Notes: generated by a model not told the origin, from the sequence alone. DNA of 64,000 nucleotides from an uncultured Chloroflexia bacterium (GCA_963797095.1 CAWCNY010000006.1:192001-256000); one strand, 5' to 3'; numbered from the stretch's first letter, positions 48,703 through 60,175 are shown. Numbers and translations: made by a program.

Positions 48703-51267
48703 ATGATAATGCAGGGCACGATCACTATAAGAGGGGCGCGTCTTCACAATCTCAAGAATATCACCCTGAGTATTCCTAAGAACAAGTTGGTCGTGTTGAC
48801 CGGGCTATCAGGCTCAGGTAAGTCAACCCTGGCATTTGACACATTGCATCACGAGTTGTTGCGCCAATTATTTGAATCGGTTGGTATGGTCACATACCAG
48901 CAGAAGCCAAATGTTGAGCGCATCGAGGGTCTATCTCCCTCGATCAGCATCGACCAGCATTTGACCAACCACAGCCCGCGATCCACTGTTGGCACCGTCA
49001 CGGAAGTGTTCACCTACCTGCGCATACTGTTCGCCCGCATAGGTCAACAGCCCTGCCCTGCCTGTGGTCGGGATGTTCCGCCATCCCACAACGTTACCGG
49101 AGTTGAGCTTTGGGATGAAGATGCCACCGGCGAGCCGGGCGAAGCTGCGGAGGGCACCTATCCATGCCCGCACTGCGGCGCAGCCATACCTGAACTAGGG
49201 ATGGCTCACTTTTCCTTTAATAAGCCCGAAGGCGCGTGTCCGACCTGCACGGGCCTGGGTGTCGTATATGGGGCCAACTTATCGATGCTGATCGATCCGG
49301 CGCGCAGCATCCCGGATGGTGGCGTGGTTCGCTGGGTTTCGCAGGAAATCACGAGGCATCTTGAAACGCTGCAACTGGCCGCTGAATACTATGGGTTTGC
49401 TTTCAACCCGGCGACGCCTATAGGAAAATTCACGCAAGCGCAGCGCGATCTGCTGCTGTACGGGGTCCAAAGCCGGGAGTTTCGACGCCACTATCCGGAT
49501 ATTGAACCTCCGGCATACGTCAATCGGGGTCGGTTTGAGGGTGTCATGACCGCCATGATGAGGCGTTACCAGGAACACGCCCAGGATGCGGACTATCGCC
49601 AGCGGTTGGAACAATTGATGGTGACGCAAACTTGCCCCGACTGCCAGGGCAATCGCCTGCGCTCGGAGAGCCGCCGGGTAGAGATCGGTGGGTCAACCAT
49701 TATCGACCTATCGCAAATACCGTTTACGGCGCTCCATAACTGGATAGAGGGGCTGCCGACAATCGTGCCGGTAAGCGAGAGAGACATCATCCAGCCGATT
49801 ATCGAGGATCTGAGCGAACGCATCAGCCGTTTGGTGGACGTGGGGGCAGGCTATTTGAACATGGCGCGCGCCTCGCCTACCCTGTCGGAAGGCGAGGCGC
49901 AAAGATTACGGCTGGCCGCGCTGCTGGGTTCCGATTTGACGGGGATGATATATGTACTCGACGAACCGACAATTGGCCTGCACCAGCGGGATACGGGCAA
50001 GCTGATCGATGTACTGCGCCAACTGCGTGACCTGGGAAACACGGTGCTGGTAGTCGAACACGACCTGGAAATGATCCGTAACGCGGATCATGTGATTGAT
50101 TTCGGTCCCGGTGCGGGCCGGAATGGTGGGCAGATCGTCGCGGTAGGAACGCCCGGTGAGATCGCGGCTAGTAGATCGTCGATAACGGGCGATTATCTTT
50201 CGGGTCGAGTCGCCTTGCCAGGCTCCCGGTTGCGGCCCGGCAGCGGGAAAGGCCTAGTCATTCGTGGGGCACGCGAGCATAATCTGAAGAATGTTACCGT
50301 GGGGATACCCCTTGGGACCCTTACCGTTGTTGCTGGGGTCTCCGGTTCGGGCAAGTCCTCGTTGATGCTCGACATCCTCGACCGGGCGGCCCGGCAGCAC
50401 TTTAATGGCGCGACTGAGGCCCCAGGTGAACACGACACCATTGAAGGGTGGGCACACCTGGACAAGATCATTTCGATCGATCAGGCGGCTATCGGGCGCA
50501 CGCCTCGTTCCAACGCGGCGACTTATACAGATGCCTTCACGTCGATCCGCCAGGTTCTCGCAGAAACGATCGAGGCACGCCGCCGCCACCTGACCCCCGG
50601 ACACTTTTCGTTCAATATGCCTGGTGGGCACTGCGAACGCTGCAAAGGTGCCGGTACACTCATGGTGAATATGCACTTTCTACCGGATGTGCAGGTGCGT
50701 TGTCCGGCTTGTGGGGGGCGGCGTTTCAAACAGGATGTGCTAGCCGTTCGCTATCGCGGCTACGACATCGCTGAGATACTCGATCTGACGATTGAGGAGG
50801 CACTGGCGGTATTTGAAGATGTACCGGCAGTGGCTGCGCGTCTATCGCTGATGGCCGAGGTTGGCCTGGGGTATATGCAACTGGGGCAGCCCGCCGATAC
50901 GCTGTCTGGTGGCGAAGCCCAGCGTATCAAGCTAGCCAAAGAACTGGCGCGCCGCACGACGGGCCGGACGCTGTACCTGCTGGACGAGCCAACGACAGGA
51001 TTGCACCCAGCTGATGTGGCCCGCCTCCTTGACCTGTTGCAGAGGTTGGTGGATGGCGGTAACACCGTGGTGGTTATCGAACATAACCTGGATGTGATAC
51101 GGGCCGCCGATTGGATTATCGACCTGGGGCCTGAAGGTGGCGAGGCAGGCGGATACGTCGTCGCCGAAGGGCCGCCAGAGGCAATCGCCGGGGTTACTCA
51201 ATCGTTTACAGGGAGGTTCCTGGATAAGGTGCTCGAAGGCGCGGCTATCTATAGTCCTTCATGTTGA
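48703..51267 (+). CDS. Class II UvrA-like (DrrC/UvrA2-type) excinuclease ATPase
   Basis: GARLHNLKN, GLSGSGKS, FSFNKPEGACPTC, YVLDEPTIGLH, GVSGSGKS, LSGGEAQRIKLA. At 854 aa, only a short segment lies where the UvrB-binding domain normally is. Confidence 0.88.
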   Translation: MIMQGTITIRGARLHNLKNITLSIPKNKLVVLTGLSGSGKSTLAFDTLHHELLRQLFESVGMVTYQQKPNVERIEGLSPSISIDQHLTNHSPRSTVGTVTEVFTYLRILFARIGQQPCPACGRDVPPSHNVTGVELWDEDATGEPGEAAEGTYPCPHCGAAIPELGMAHFSFNKPEGACPTCTGLGVVYGANLSMLIDPARSIPDGGVVRWVSQEITRHLETLQLAAEYYGFAFNPATPIGKFTQAQRDLLLYGVQSREFRRHYPDIEPPAYVNRGRFEGVMTAMMRRYQEHAQDADYRQRLEQLMVTQTCPDCQGNRLRSESRRVEIGGSTIIDLSQIPFTALHNWIEGLPTIVPVSERDIIQPIIEDLSERISRLVDVGAGYLNMARASPTLSEGEAQRLRLAALLGSDLTGMIYVLDEPTIGLHQRDTGKLIDVLRQLRDLGNTVLVVEHDLEMIRNADHVIDFGPGAGRNGGQIVAVGTPGEIAASRSSITGDYLSGRVALPGSRLRPGSGKGLVIRGAREHNLKNVTVGIPLGTLTVVAGVSGSGKSSLMLDILDRAARQHFNGATEAPGEHDTIEGWAHLDKIISIDQAAIGRTPRSNAATYTDAFTSIRQVLAETIEARRRHLTPGHFSFNMPGGHCERCKGAGTLMVNMHFLPDVQVRCPACGGRRFKQDVLAVRYRGYDIAEILDLTIEEALAVFEDVPAVAARLSLMAEVGLGYMQLGQPADTLSGGEAQRIKLAKELARRTTGRTLYLLDEPTTGLHPADVARLLDLLQRLVDGGNTVVVIEHNLDVIRAADWIIDLGPEGGEAGGYVVAEGPPEAIAGVTQSFTGRFLDKVLEGAAIYSPSC

Positions 51268-51308
51268 TAGATAATAACGATACAATTGGGTATGAACAAC
51301 CAGGGGGT

Positions 51309-51510
51309 ATGAACAACGAACGAAAGAACCTCTCTGCCGCGTCTGCCGGAGCCACCGATTGGCGGGAAGGTAGACGCCTCAGAGTATGGGAACTGGGGAG
51401 CTGCGCCAGCAAGGTTGGACCCAACAGCGGACCGCCCAAGCCCCTGGCGTGACACAAGGTGCAATAGTGCAGTAAGCCAATGGTTGGGACGCTCAGGGCG
51501 AACCACCAGC
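51309..51510 (+). mobile_element. IS630-like HTH N-terminal remnant
   Basis: DWREGRRLRVWEL / RQQGWTQQRTAQAPGVTQGA / AVSQWL across frames. Confidence 0.6.
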
Positions 51511-51579
51511 CTGGCTGCCATTACTCATCTATGTGAAGGGCTATAAGATCTGTGTTCATGAAAGGTGCAGCATAATCCC

Positions 51580-52095
51580 ATGATCCTCCCCAAAGATCGC
51601 GACCCTCGCTTCATCACCATCCGCCGCGGTGGGACGCTCACGGATTCAGACCATCACCTTCTCGCCTTGTGGGCAGCCGCGTGTGCGGAGCATGTCCTGC
51701 ACCTGTTCGAGTTGGCGAAGCCTTCGGACTCGCGACCGCGTCACGCAATTGAGCAGGCTCGGGCCTGGGTGCGAGGCGAGGTCACTATGTCCGAGGCCCG
51801 CGAGGCAGCCGGCCATGCGATGGCGGCGGCCAGGGATCTGAGAGGCGCGGCGCGCCATGCCGCGTATGCTGCCGGTCAGGCGGCGGCGGTCGCGCACGTG
51901 GCCGCGCACGAACTCGGAGCAGCAGCCTACGCGATCAAGGCTGCGCGGGCGGCTGCGCCTGAAGGCGAGGGGGAGAGTAGTGGCCGGCTCGAGTGCCGCT
52001 GGCAGCGCGACCAGCTGCCGGATGCGATTTGCGATCTTGTCCTGGACGATGAGCGGTTACGAAACGACATCTGCTGGTCGGTATTCGACTGCTGA
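51580..52095 (+). CDS. Imm5-like (putative immunity) domain protein
   Basis: MILPKDRDPRFITIRRGGTL, LALWAAACAEHVL, RPRHAI, AAGQAAAVAHV..H.LGAA.YA. Confidence 0.75.
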   Translation: MILPKDRDPRFITIRRGGTLTDSDHHLLALWAAACAEHVLHLFELAKPSDSRPRHAIEQARAWVRGEVTMSEAREAAGHAMAAARDLRGAARHAAYAAGQAAAVAHVAAHELGAAAYAIKAARAAAPEGEGESSGRLECRWQRDQLPDAICDLVLDDERLRNDICWSVFDC

Positions 52096-52134
52096 TGGGC
52101 GACGGCGTGTGCCGGCACTGCCAGCACTGCCCAC

Positions 52135-52194
52135 TCCGTCCTTCGTCCTCCGCGCTTCGAGCCGACGCCGCGAGCGCGGAGGACGAAGGACGGA
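52135..52194. terminator. 22-bp perfect hairpin built from heptamer-like units
   Basis: TCCGTCCTTCGTCCTCCGCGCT / AGCGCGGAGGACGAAGGACGGA. Confidence 0.65.
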
Positions 52195-52424
52195 AGTGAT
52201 TGAGCGCGGCTCAAGCGCAACACATTGGGCGCTTATCGGTGTTCAACTTCGGTCTGATAATCTCGCTAAATAGCAAGAGACCACCTACAGCACTTTGCTT
52301 TGACTTGTAATATTGTAGCAACTTCCCCACGCCTGGATAGGCGGCAAGATTATTAATCATCAACGTGAAGAGGTGTAGCACCTGAAATCTGTGACTCTTT
52401 GAGGCTATTGTGCTTATGTTGTGG

Positions 52425-53735
<1,311 letters not shown>

Positions 53736-53827
53736 TTATAAACCATTTACCTTACACGTACGGACTGTTTATTGGTACACGAAGATACGAAGAAGAGCGA
53801 AGGGTACGATGTATCTTTGAGTAACGC

Positions 53828-53858
53828 AAAACCCCCACCGCGAGCGCGTGAGGGGGTT
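53828..53858 (-). terminator. Intrinsic terminator after the HNH gene
   Basis: Minus strand AACCCCC(T)CAC...GTGGGGGTTTT. Confidence 0.65.
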
Positions 53859-53885
53859 AGCTGAAGCCCTGTTTAGGTTAGGGCT

Positions 53886-54443
53886 TCAGCTTGGGTTGCC
53901 GGAGGATACCTGGGTCTGGATGCCAGGGAGGTATATCAGCCATTCTTGTAGTGGGCCATGCTCGAGATAGCGGTGCACCATGTAGTAGACATTCGAACGA
54001 GGCTCGCGTGGGAGGCGGGCAAGGTGCATGCGGGTTTCGGTGAGGTGTTTGCCGCCTTTGCGGTGGTTGCACGATTTGCAGGCGCTCACCAGGTTTTCCC
54101 AGGTGTGCGGGCCGCCTTTGCTGCGCGGGATTACGTGGTCGATAGTGAGGTCACGCGTGCGAGTTCCACAATACTGGCAGGTGTAATTGTCTCGGATAAA
54201 AATCTCCCGCCTGCTGAGTCGCGCTCGCGGGCGGGGGCGTTTGATCAAGTGGGACAATCTGATTACCGAAGGGCAGTGGATGGCGCGGGTAGGAGTGTGG
54301 ACAATCTGGTGATTCAGTTCAAGCACTTCGGCTTTGCCGTCCAGCACGAGCACAAGGGCGCGTCTGACGTTGCACACATTCAACGGCTCGAAATTTTGAT
54401 TCAAGACCAGCACCGGGGCATTATACATAGCTCTCTTTACCAC
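53886..54443 (-). CDS. HNH endonuclease (McrA-like, standalone)
   Basis: VLVLNQNFEPL, RDNYTCQYCG, TIDHVIPRSKGG, WENLVSACKSCNHRKG. Confidence 0.92.
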   Translation of the reverse strand: MVKRAMYNAPVLVLNQNFEPLNVCNVRRALVLVLDGKAEVLELNHQIVHTPTRAIHCPSVIRLSHLIKRPRPRARLSRREIFIRDNYTCQYCGTRTRDLTIDHVIPRSKGGPHTWENLVSACKSCNHRKGGKHLTETRMHLARLPREPRSNVYYMVHRYLEHGPLQEWLIYLPGIQTQVSSGNPS

Positions 54444-54659
54444 ACACTACACACTAATAATAACCTACGCTCTGCTATGTGGGCAGGCTACCCCCTCGTG
54501 TCTGCCCGCTAACTTCAATATACCATAAGTCGATTTCTGCAAGCAACAATCTGCACGCCCAGACTGGCACATCTCTTGCGAGCGATCGGGTTCCACTGTA
54601 GAATCGTTCACATGCACAAAATGCCGATCCAGTAGATCCAATTTCCAACTACCAGAAGT

Positions 54660-56972
54660 ATGTCAACGCTATCCCAACAACTCATTTTGAAGGAAGGCAA
54701 CATCTTCCTTGTCAGCCATGACACGGGAGATATCACGGGAAATACCGGACAGGGGATGTACTACCACGACATCCGCCACCTCTCCTACTTCACCTTTGAG
54801 GTGAATGGGCAGACACCGGACATTCTGAGTTTTTCGGGTTATCGCAATTTCATGGGCACGCTACAGCTGACGAACGGTGTGTTCCAACTGGAGGATGGTT
54901 CGCTAGTCAGGCCCGAAACGCTCAGCATCCGCCGCAGCCGGTTTATCACTAACGGCCTGCACGAGCGGCTTGGTTTCGCCAACTACAACCGCTTTCGCGT
55001 GCCGATCACGGTTACGCTGGCCTTCGGTGCCGATTTCCGCGACCTATTTGACCTGCGCGGCTTCCCGCGCAAGGAGTGGGGTAAGTTGCTGCCGCCCATA
55101 TGGGTGGATGGGAAGCTGGCGCTTGGCTACGAGGGGCTTGATGGTTTGCTCCGGCGCACCGAAATCACCTTTGACCTGGCCCCGGACGATATAGAGATAA
55201 GGAAGCCCTCTATTAGCCAGCCTGTGATCGAGTCCACTGAACTGCTTCCGGCGATAGGTGCGCCCTCATACTCTATCACTATCGAGCCTCCAACGGCCTT
55301 CCTGACCTGGCATTTCACTCTGGAGCAGGGCACACCTTATTCTCTGGCGTTCCACGTCAGACCTGTGGCTGATGATGGGCCCGAAACACCGCATGGTGGG
55401 CAGAGAGAAAGAGCAGATGAGCGCCCACCGGAGACGGTAGTAGATCATCACCGCCAGTCGCCTGCATTCCTAACTCCGCCCGATCCGAGCGACGGGTCGC
55501 AAAAGCTGTTCGACAAAGCAGTGAACTATATGCGCATGAGCTACCTGAACTGGGAGCAGGAATGCACCGATATCACGACCGATAACGAAGAATTCAATCA
55601 GGTCCTGTGGCGGAGCAAGTATGACCTGCGGGTGCTGTGCGATGAGGGGGAAGATGGCTATTTCCCCAGCGCCGGAATTCCCTGGTACGTTTGCCCGTTC
55701 GGGCGCGACAGCCTGATCACCTCTTTGCAAACGCTTGCGCTCAATCCGAAAGTGGCCGTGGGAACGCTGCATACGCTGGCGCGATACCAGGGCACGAAGG
55801 TTGACCCCTGGCGCGAAGAGCAGCCGGGGAAGATATTGCACGAATTGCGCATGGGTGAGATGGTCCGCCTGAATCTTGTGCCGCATTCGCCATACTACGG
55901 GTCGATAGACGCCACACCGCTGTTCATAATGCTTTTTGTCGAGACGATGCGATGGCTGGATGACCAGGCGCTATACGATAGCCTGCTTCCTAATGTAATG
56001 CGCGCCCTGGAATGGATCAACTCGTATGGTGACATAGACGGTGACGGTTTCGTGGAGTATGTAGCCGCGACGCATCAGGGCGGCATACGAAACCAGGTGT
56101 GGAAAGATAGCTCGGACTCGATCCAGATGCCCAATGCAACCCTGGCCGAAACACCTATCGCGGCGGTTGAGGTACAGGCGTATGTGTATGCCGCCAAGAA
56201 AGGGCTGGCCGATCTGCTGTTGCGCAAGGGCGACGCTTCGACGGCCAGGCGATTGACCAGGGAGGCCGAAGCCCTGAAGAAGAGATTCAACCAGGTGTTC
56301 TGGATGCCCAAAGTTGGGTTCTATTGCCAGGGGCTTGATAAGGAGAAGAGGCAGGTGCCCACGATCAGCAGTAATCCGGGGCACGCATTGTGGACGGGGA
56401 TCGCGGACCCTGAGAAGGCGCAACTGACCGTTCAGCGCATGATGGAGCTTGATATGCTTTCGGGGTGGGGGGTGCGCACGATCAGCAGAGATAGCGCGTC
56501 ATACAATCCGATGAGTTATCACAACGGCAGTGTGTGGCCCCACGACAACTCGATCCTGGCGGCGGGATTCAAGAGGTATGGTTGCGCGGATGAAGCCAAC
56601 ACATTGATGACCCAGATAGAGGAAGCGGCGCAACACTTCCGCTACTCCCGACTGCCCGAATTGTACTGCGGTTTTGGAAAAGACACTATGTACGGGAGCG
56701 GCCCCGCAGAGTACCCGGTGAGTTGCAGCCCGCAGGCGTGGGCGGCAGGCGCGCCGATCCTTATGATGCAGGCTATGCTGGGGTTGGAAGTAGACGCGGC
56801 ATCGAGCCGTGTGCTTCTGAAGCCAAAGCTTCCATCCTGGATCACGCGCGTACAACTCCGGAATTTGAGAGTGGGCACCGATAGGGCCAGCATCGACGTG
56901 AGCAGATTCGAAGGCCGTAACGAAGTCTCTTTGGAGAGCGCGCGAGGCGATATGCGGCTGGAGCTTGGCTGA
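54660..56972 (+). CDS. Amylo-alpha-1,6-glucosidase / glycogen-debranching-like hydrolase
   Basis: AGIPWY..FGRDSLI, EEQPGKILHE, YYGSIDATPLF, NQVWKDS, YHNGSVWPHDN, RLPELYCG, CSPQAWA. Confidence 0.9.
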   Translation: MSTLSQQLILKEGNIFLVSHDTGDITGNTGQGMYYHDIRHLSYFTFEVNGQTPDILSFSGYRNFMGTLQLTNGVFQLEDGSLVRPETLSIRRSRFITNGLHERLGFANYNRFRVPITVTLAFGADFRDLFDLRGFPRKEWGKLLPPIWVDGKLALGYEGLDGLLRRTEITFDLAPDDIEIRKPSISQPVIESTELLPAIGAPSYSITIEPPTAFLTWHFTLEQGTPYSLAFHVRPVADDGPETPHGGQRERADERPPETVVDHHRQSPAFLTPPDPSDGSQKLFDKAVNYMRMSYLNWEQECTDITTDNEEFNQVLWRSKYDLRVLCDEGEDGYFPSAGIPWYVCPFGRDSLITSLQTLALNPKVAVGTLHTLARYQGTKVDPWREEQPGKILHELRMGEMVRLNLVPHSPYYGSIDATPLFIMLFVETMRWLDDQALYDSLLPNVMRALEWINSYGDIDGDGFVEYVAATHQGGIRNQVWKDSSDSIQMPNATLAETPIAAVEVQAYVYAAKKGLADLLLRKGDASTARRLTREAEALKKRFNQVFWMPKVGFYCQGLDKEKRQVPTISSNPGHALWTGIADPEKAQLTVQRMMELDMLSGWGVRTISRDSASYNPMSYHNGSVWPHDNSILAAGFKRYGCADEANTLMTQIEEAAQHFRYSRLPELYCGFGKDTMYGSGPAEYPVSCSPQAWAAGAPILMMQAMLGLEVDAASSRVLLKPKLPSWITRVQLRNLRVGTDRASIDVSRFEGRNEVSLESARGDMRLELG

Positions 56973-57082
56973 TCCTGGCACGCTAATTGCGATATACAAC
57001 CTGATGACCTGGCAAAGGCGGCGGGCTTCCTGATCCGAAGCAACTGTATATGAAAGGTTTAGAAAGGTTGTGTGGAAACGTC

Positions 57083-58216
57083 ATGAAGATCGCTCAAGTC
57101 TCTCCACTCTACGAAAGTGTGCCCCCCAAGCTGTATGGAGGCACGGAACGGGTCGTGTCTTACCTTACCGAGGAACTGGTGAACCAGGGGTACGACGTAA
57201 CCTTGTTCAGCAGCGGCGATTCAATCACACAGGCCAAACTGGTAGCATGTTGCCCTCACTCTTTGCGACTGGATACGGAAAGTGTAGACCACCTGGCCCA
57301 CCAGATGCTCATGCTTGAGCGCGTGTTCCAGCGCGCGCAAGAGTTCGATATTATCCATTTTCATATAGATTACTTCCACTTCCCACTTTCCAGGCGACAT
57401 GACTTACCGAACGTTACCACTCTGCATGGCAGGCTCGATATTCCGGACCTGGTTCCAATATATCGCGAGTTCCCTGAGATGCCTGTGGTGTCGATCTCGG
57501 ATGCACAGCGGATGCCGCTCTCCTGGATCAACTGGCAATCTACGATCTATCACGGTTTGCCGCTCGATCTATACACCTTCAATGAGAAGGATGGCGATTA
57601 CCTTGTGTTCGTGGGACGTATTTCACCGGAGAAACGCGTGGATCGAGCTATAGAGGTCGCCAAGCGCACCGGTATGAAGCTTGTGATAGCTGCCAAGGTG
57701 GACAAGGTTGACCAGGATTACTTCGAGGAAAAGATCGAGCCGATCCTGGATCACCCTCTCATCGAGTATATCGGTGAGGTCAATGAAAGCGAGAAGAACG
57801 ACCTGCTGGGCAACGCCTACGCGTTTGTATTCCCGATAGATTGGCCTGAACCGTTCGGGCTGGCAATGGTAGAGGCGATGGCGTGCGGCACGCCTGTGAT
57901 CACCGTGCCATGTGGCTCGACTCCTGAAATAATCGAACAGGGCGTGAACGGTTTCATCTGTGAGACCGTGGATGATATGGTAGAGGCGGTGCCCAGGGTG
58001 GCAGGCCTGGACCGGCGGCTATGCAGGGAATCGTTCGAGAGCCGCTTCAGCGCGCCGCGCATGGCCCGCGATTATGTTGAAGTCTACAGGCGTCTCATTG
58101 CGAAAAAGGAGGCGAGCAGATCTGCGCTTGATATCCTGGGTGGCTGGCGCCCGGCAGACCTGGTGGATCGTCCGCTGGCTGCGGACGGCGGGATAATAAG
58201 CGAGCATATAGCTTGA
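57083..58216 (+). CDS. Glycosyltransferase family 4
   Basis: VPPKLYGGTERVV, GRISPEK, EPFGLAMVEAMACGTPVI. Confidence 0.93.
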   Translation: MKIAQVSPLYESVPPKLYGGTERVVSYLTEELVNQGYDVTLFSSGDSITQAKLVACCPHSLRLDTESVDHLAHQMLMLERVFQRAQEFDIIHFHIDYFHFPLSRRHDLPNVTTLHGRLDIPDLVPIYREFPEMPVVSISDAQRMPLSWINWQSTIYHGLPLDLYTFNEKDGDYLVFVGRISPEKRVDRAIEVAKRTGMKLVIAAKVDKVDQDYFEEKIEPILDHPLIEYIGEVNESEKNDLLGNAYAFVFPIDWPEPFGLAMVEAMACGTPVITVPCGSTPEIIEQGVNGFICETVDDMVEAVPRVAGLDRRLCRESFESRFSAPRMARDYVEVYRRLIAKKEASRSALDILGGWRPADLVDRPLAADGGIISEHIA

Positions 58217-58236
58217 CCCGATCATAAGGGCCTTCT

Positions 58237-58275
58237 TAGACAAAATGGCGGCTTAGCCGCCATTTTGTCTATTTT
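58237..58275 (+). terminator. Intrinsic terminator
   Basis: TAGACAAAATGGCGGC-TTA-GCCGCCATTTTGTCTA-TTTT. Confidence 0.85.
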
Positions 58276-58300
58276 AGAAACAGATTGCATAATCTAAGCA

Positions 58301-60172
58301 ATGATGATGAACGCGCAAAACAGGCGGGGCCGGGTGCGGCGTTTGGCCGGTACGGTTACATTGCCCATCGCTCTTTATGTGGTAGCGGCTGGACTGTTGC
58401 TGTTTGACCTGGGGAGCCACCCGGCTTTTACTTACAACTGGGAGAATAACACACTCCAGGGGCTATTCCCCTTTATGGAAGAGCCTTCGCTATCGCCGTT
58501 CAAGCTCCTTGAGGGCTTGATGACGGATAGCGGGTCGTCTCCCTGGGTGGTGTTCCCTGCGTGGGCCGGATTCGGCTGGGGCGGGGTGTCGCTGTTCTGG
58601 TTGAGAGCACCCCTGGCGTTGCTGGCGGCGATGGCGGTGCCGCTGTTGTACGTAGTGGGGTGCGAGACTATAGCACCAGGCTCAAAGTTGAGGGTTAGGA
58701 GCGGGGCGCTGCCTTTGCGCTCCCGTATTCTGTCCGTAATGCCAATAGTGGCTGCTTTGCTGCTGGCGTTATCGCCAGTGTACTTGTTGTATGCGCGCAC
58801 CGCGACCGTCGTGGGGGTGTCGCTGGTGCCCGCTTTGCTTACGGTGCTGGCTTTGTACGGAGTGTTGCAGAGGCCGGACCTGTGGTGGAGAACGGGGGCG
58901 CTACTGGGCACGCTGGTGCTTGGGGCGTATGCATATGCGCCGATAAGGTTCCTGTGGCCGATGTGCGTGGGTCTGCTGTTGCTGGAGGCGTTTGCTCGGC
59001 GGAAGGAGAAGGCGCGCAAAAGGAGACTTGTGGCGTCGGCGCTGCTGCTGGTGGTGGCGATGGCCGGGTTTATTACGGCGTTCGATTTCGAGCATGACCA
59101 CGACCCGATTATTTCGGTGGGATATTACTACGCGGGGCGGGGCGAGCAGATTGCGAACCTGCTGGTGAACGGGGATGAATATAACGAGGTGGTTAGCCCG
59201 GAACTTCAGATCGATATGCCCTCCGTTGAGGGTCTCGCGTGGAGCTTGGTGACGAAGAACGTGGTGGATATGGCGAACCTCTTTCTGGATAGGGAGACCC
59301 AGCCAGCGCTCAGCGATTACTGGAACCCACATGGGAGGCTCATCCCCTCGTGGGTGGTGCCCCTGCTGGCGGTGGGATTTCTGAGGGCCGGGTGGCTGGG
59401 GTTGAGGCGCAAGGCGTTCCGATGGCGGGTGGTGGTGCTGCTATTCCTCGGTTTCACGCTCCCGATGTTGCTTACTTCGCAAGTGCACATCGGGCGGTTG
59501 ATATTCGCTTTGCCGCTCATTTGCCTGTTCGTGACTCTTGGACTTGTTTCAATTTTGGATTTTGGATTTTGGATTTTGGATTTACCAGGCCCTCGTAGGG
59601 GCAGCGGAGCAGCTTTGCGTTCGACGCTCGTGCCAATGTCGGATGGCAAAGGGCTGCTCACGCGGCCGGTTCCCAGGTCTGGGGTCTATCGCGTGTGGGC
59701 CTGGGTTTCGGTGGTGGTGATTGCCGGGCTGGTCGTGTGTGTTGGGTGGTCTACGTGGATGGAGTACAGCATCGATGCGCCGCCCACATATGAGGCGCTG
59801 GTGACTCCCTTGTTGAGGTCGCAGGTAGGTGAGGCGGCGCGGCGGGGAGGCGGCCTGGCGTTGGTGACGGGGTCCGATGAGGGGCTGACCCTGGAGGAGA
59901 TCAATTCCAACCAGTACAGGCTGCTGTTACGCGACGCCTACCACCTGTACAATCTGGCGACAGGCGACATTGATGTTCGCAGGCCGGGGGATACACGCCC
60001 GGCGCTCTTTATCGGTGGGCTTATGGACAGGCTGAAGGAGCCTGAGAAGATGCCGAGCTATTGCCAGAACGTTTATCTTGTGTCTCCGAATCTGATAGAT
60101 CAATTCAAAGCGCTAGCAGACAGCCACTCAGATATGTGTCCTGAGCCGGTTGTGTATCATAAGCTGCCTTAG
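58301..60172 (+). CDS. Polytopic membrane protein, probable GT-C (PMT/ArnT-like) glycosyltransferase
   Basis: YNWEN acidic loop after TM1, LRAP.A, ALLLALSP.YLLYAR, about 11 TM segments plus a C-terminal soluble domain. Confidence 0.65.
   Translation: MMMNAQNRRGRVRRLAGTVTLPIALYVVAAGLLLFDLGSHPAFTYNWENNTLQGLFPFMEEPSLSPFKLLEGLMTDSGSSPWVVFPAWAGFGWGGVSLFWLRAPLALLAAMAVPLLYVVGCETIAPGSKLRVRSGALPLRSRILSVMPIVAALLLALSPVYLLYARTATVVGVSLVPALLTVLALYGVLQRPDLWWRTGALLGTLVLGAYAYAPIRFLWPMCVGLLLLEAFARRKEKARKRRLVASALLLVVAMAGFITAFDFEHDHDPIISVGYYYAGRGEQIANLLVNGDEYNEVVSPELQIDMPSVEGLAWSLVTKNVVDMANLFLDRETQPALSDYWNPHGRLIPSWVVPLLAVGFLRAGWLGLRRKAFRWRVVVLLFLGFTLPMLLTSQVHIGRLIFALPLICLFVTLGLVSILDFGFWILDLPGPRRGSGAALRSTLVPMSDGKGLLTRPVPRSGVYRVWAWVSVVVIAGLVVCVGWSTWMEYSIDAPPTYEALVTPLLRSQVGEAARRGGGLALVTGSDEGLTLEEINSNQYRLLLRDAYHLYNLATGDIDVRRPGDTRPALFIGGLMDRLKEPEKMPSYCQNVYLVSPNLIDQFKALADSHSDMCPEPVVYHKLP
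59552..59583 (+). repeat. (ATTTTGG)4 heptamer array inside a CDS
   Basis: Translates as ILDFGFWILD. Confidence 0.9.
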
Positions 60173-60175
60173 GTC

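Noticed and set aside
53886-54443. HNH as an IscB/Cas9-like or defence nuclease
   Set aside because: It is a 185-aa widespread standalone type with no RuvC motifs, adjacent ncRNA or methylase.
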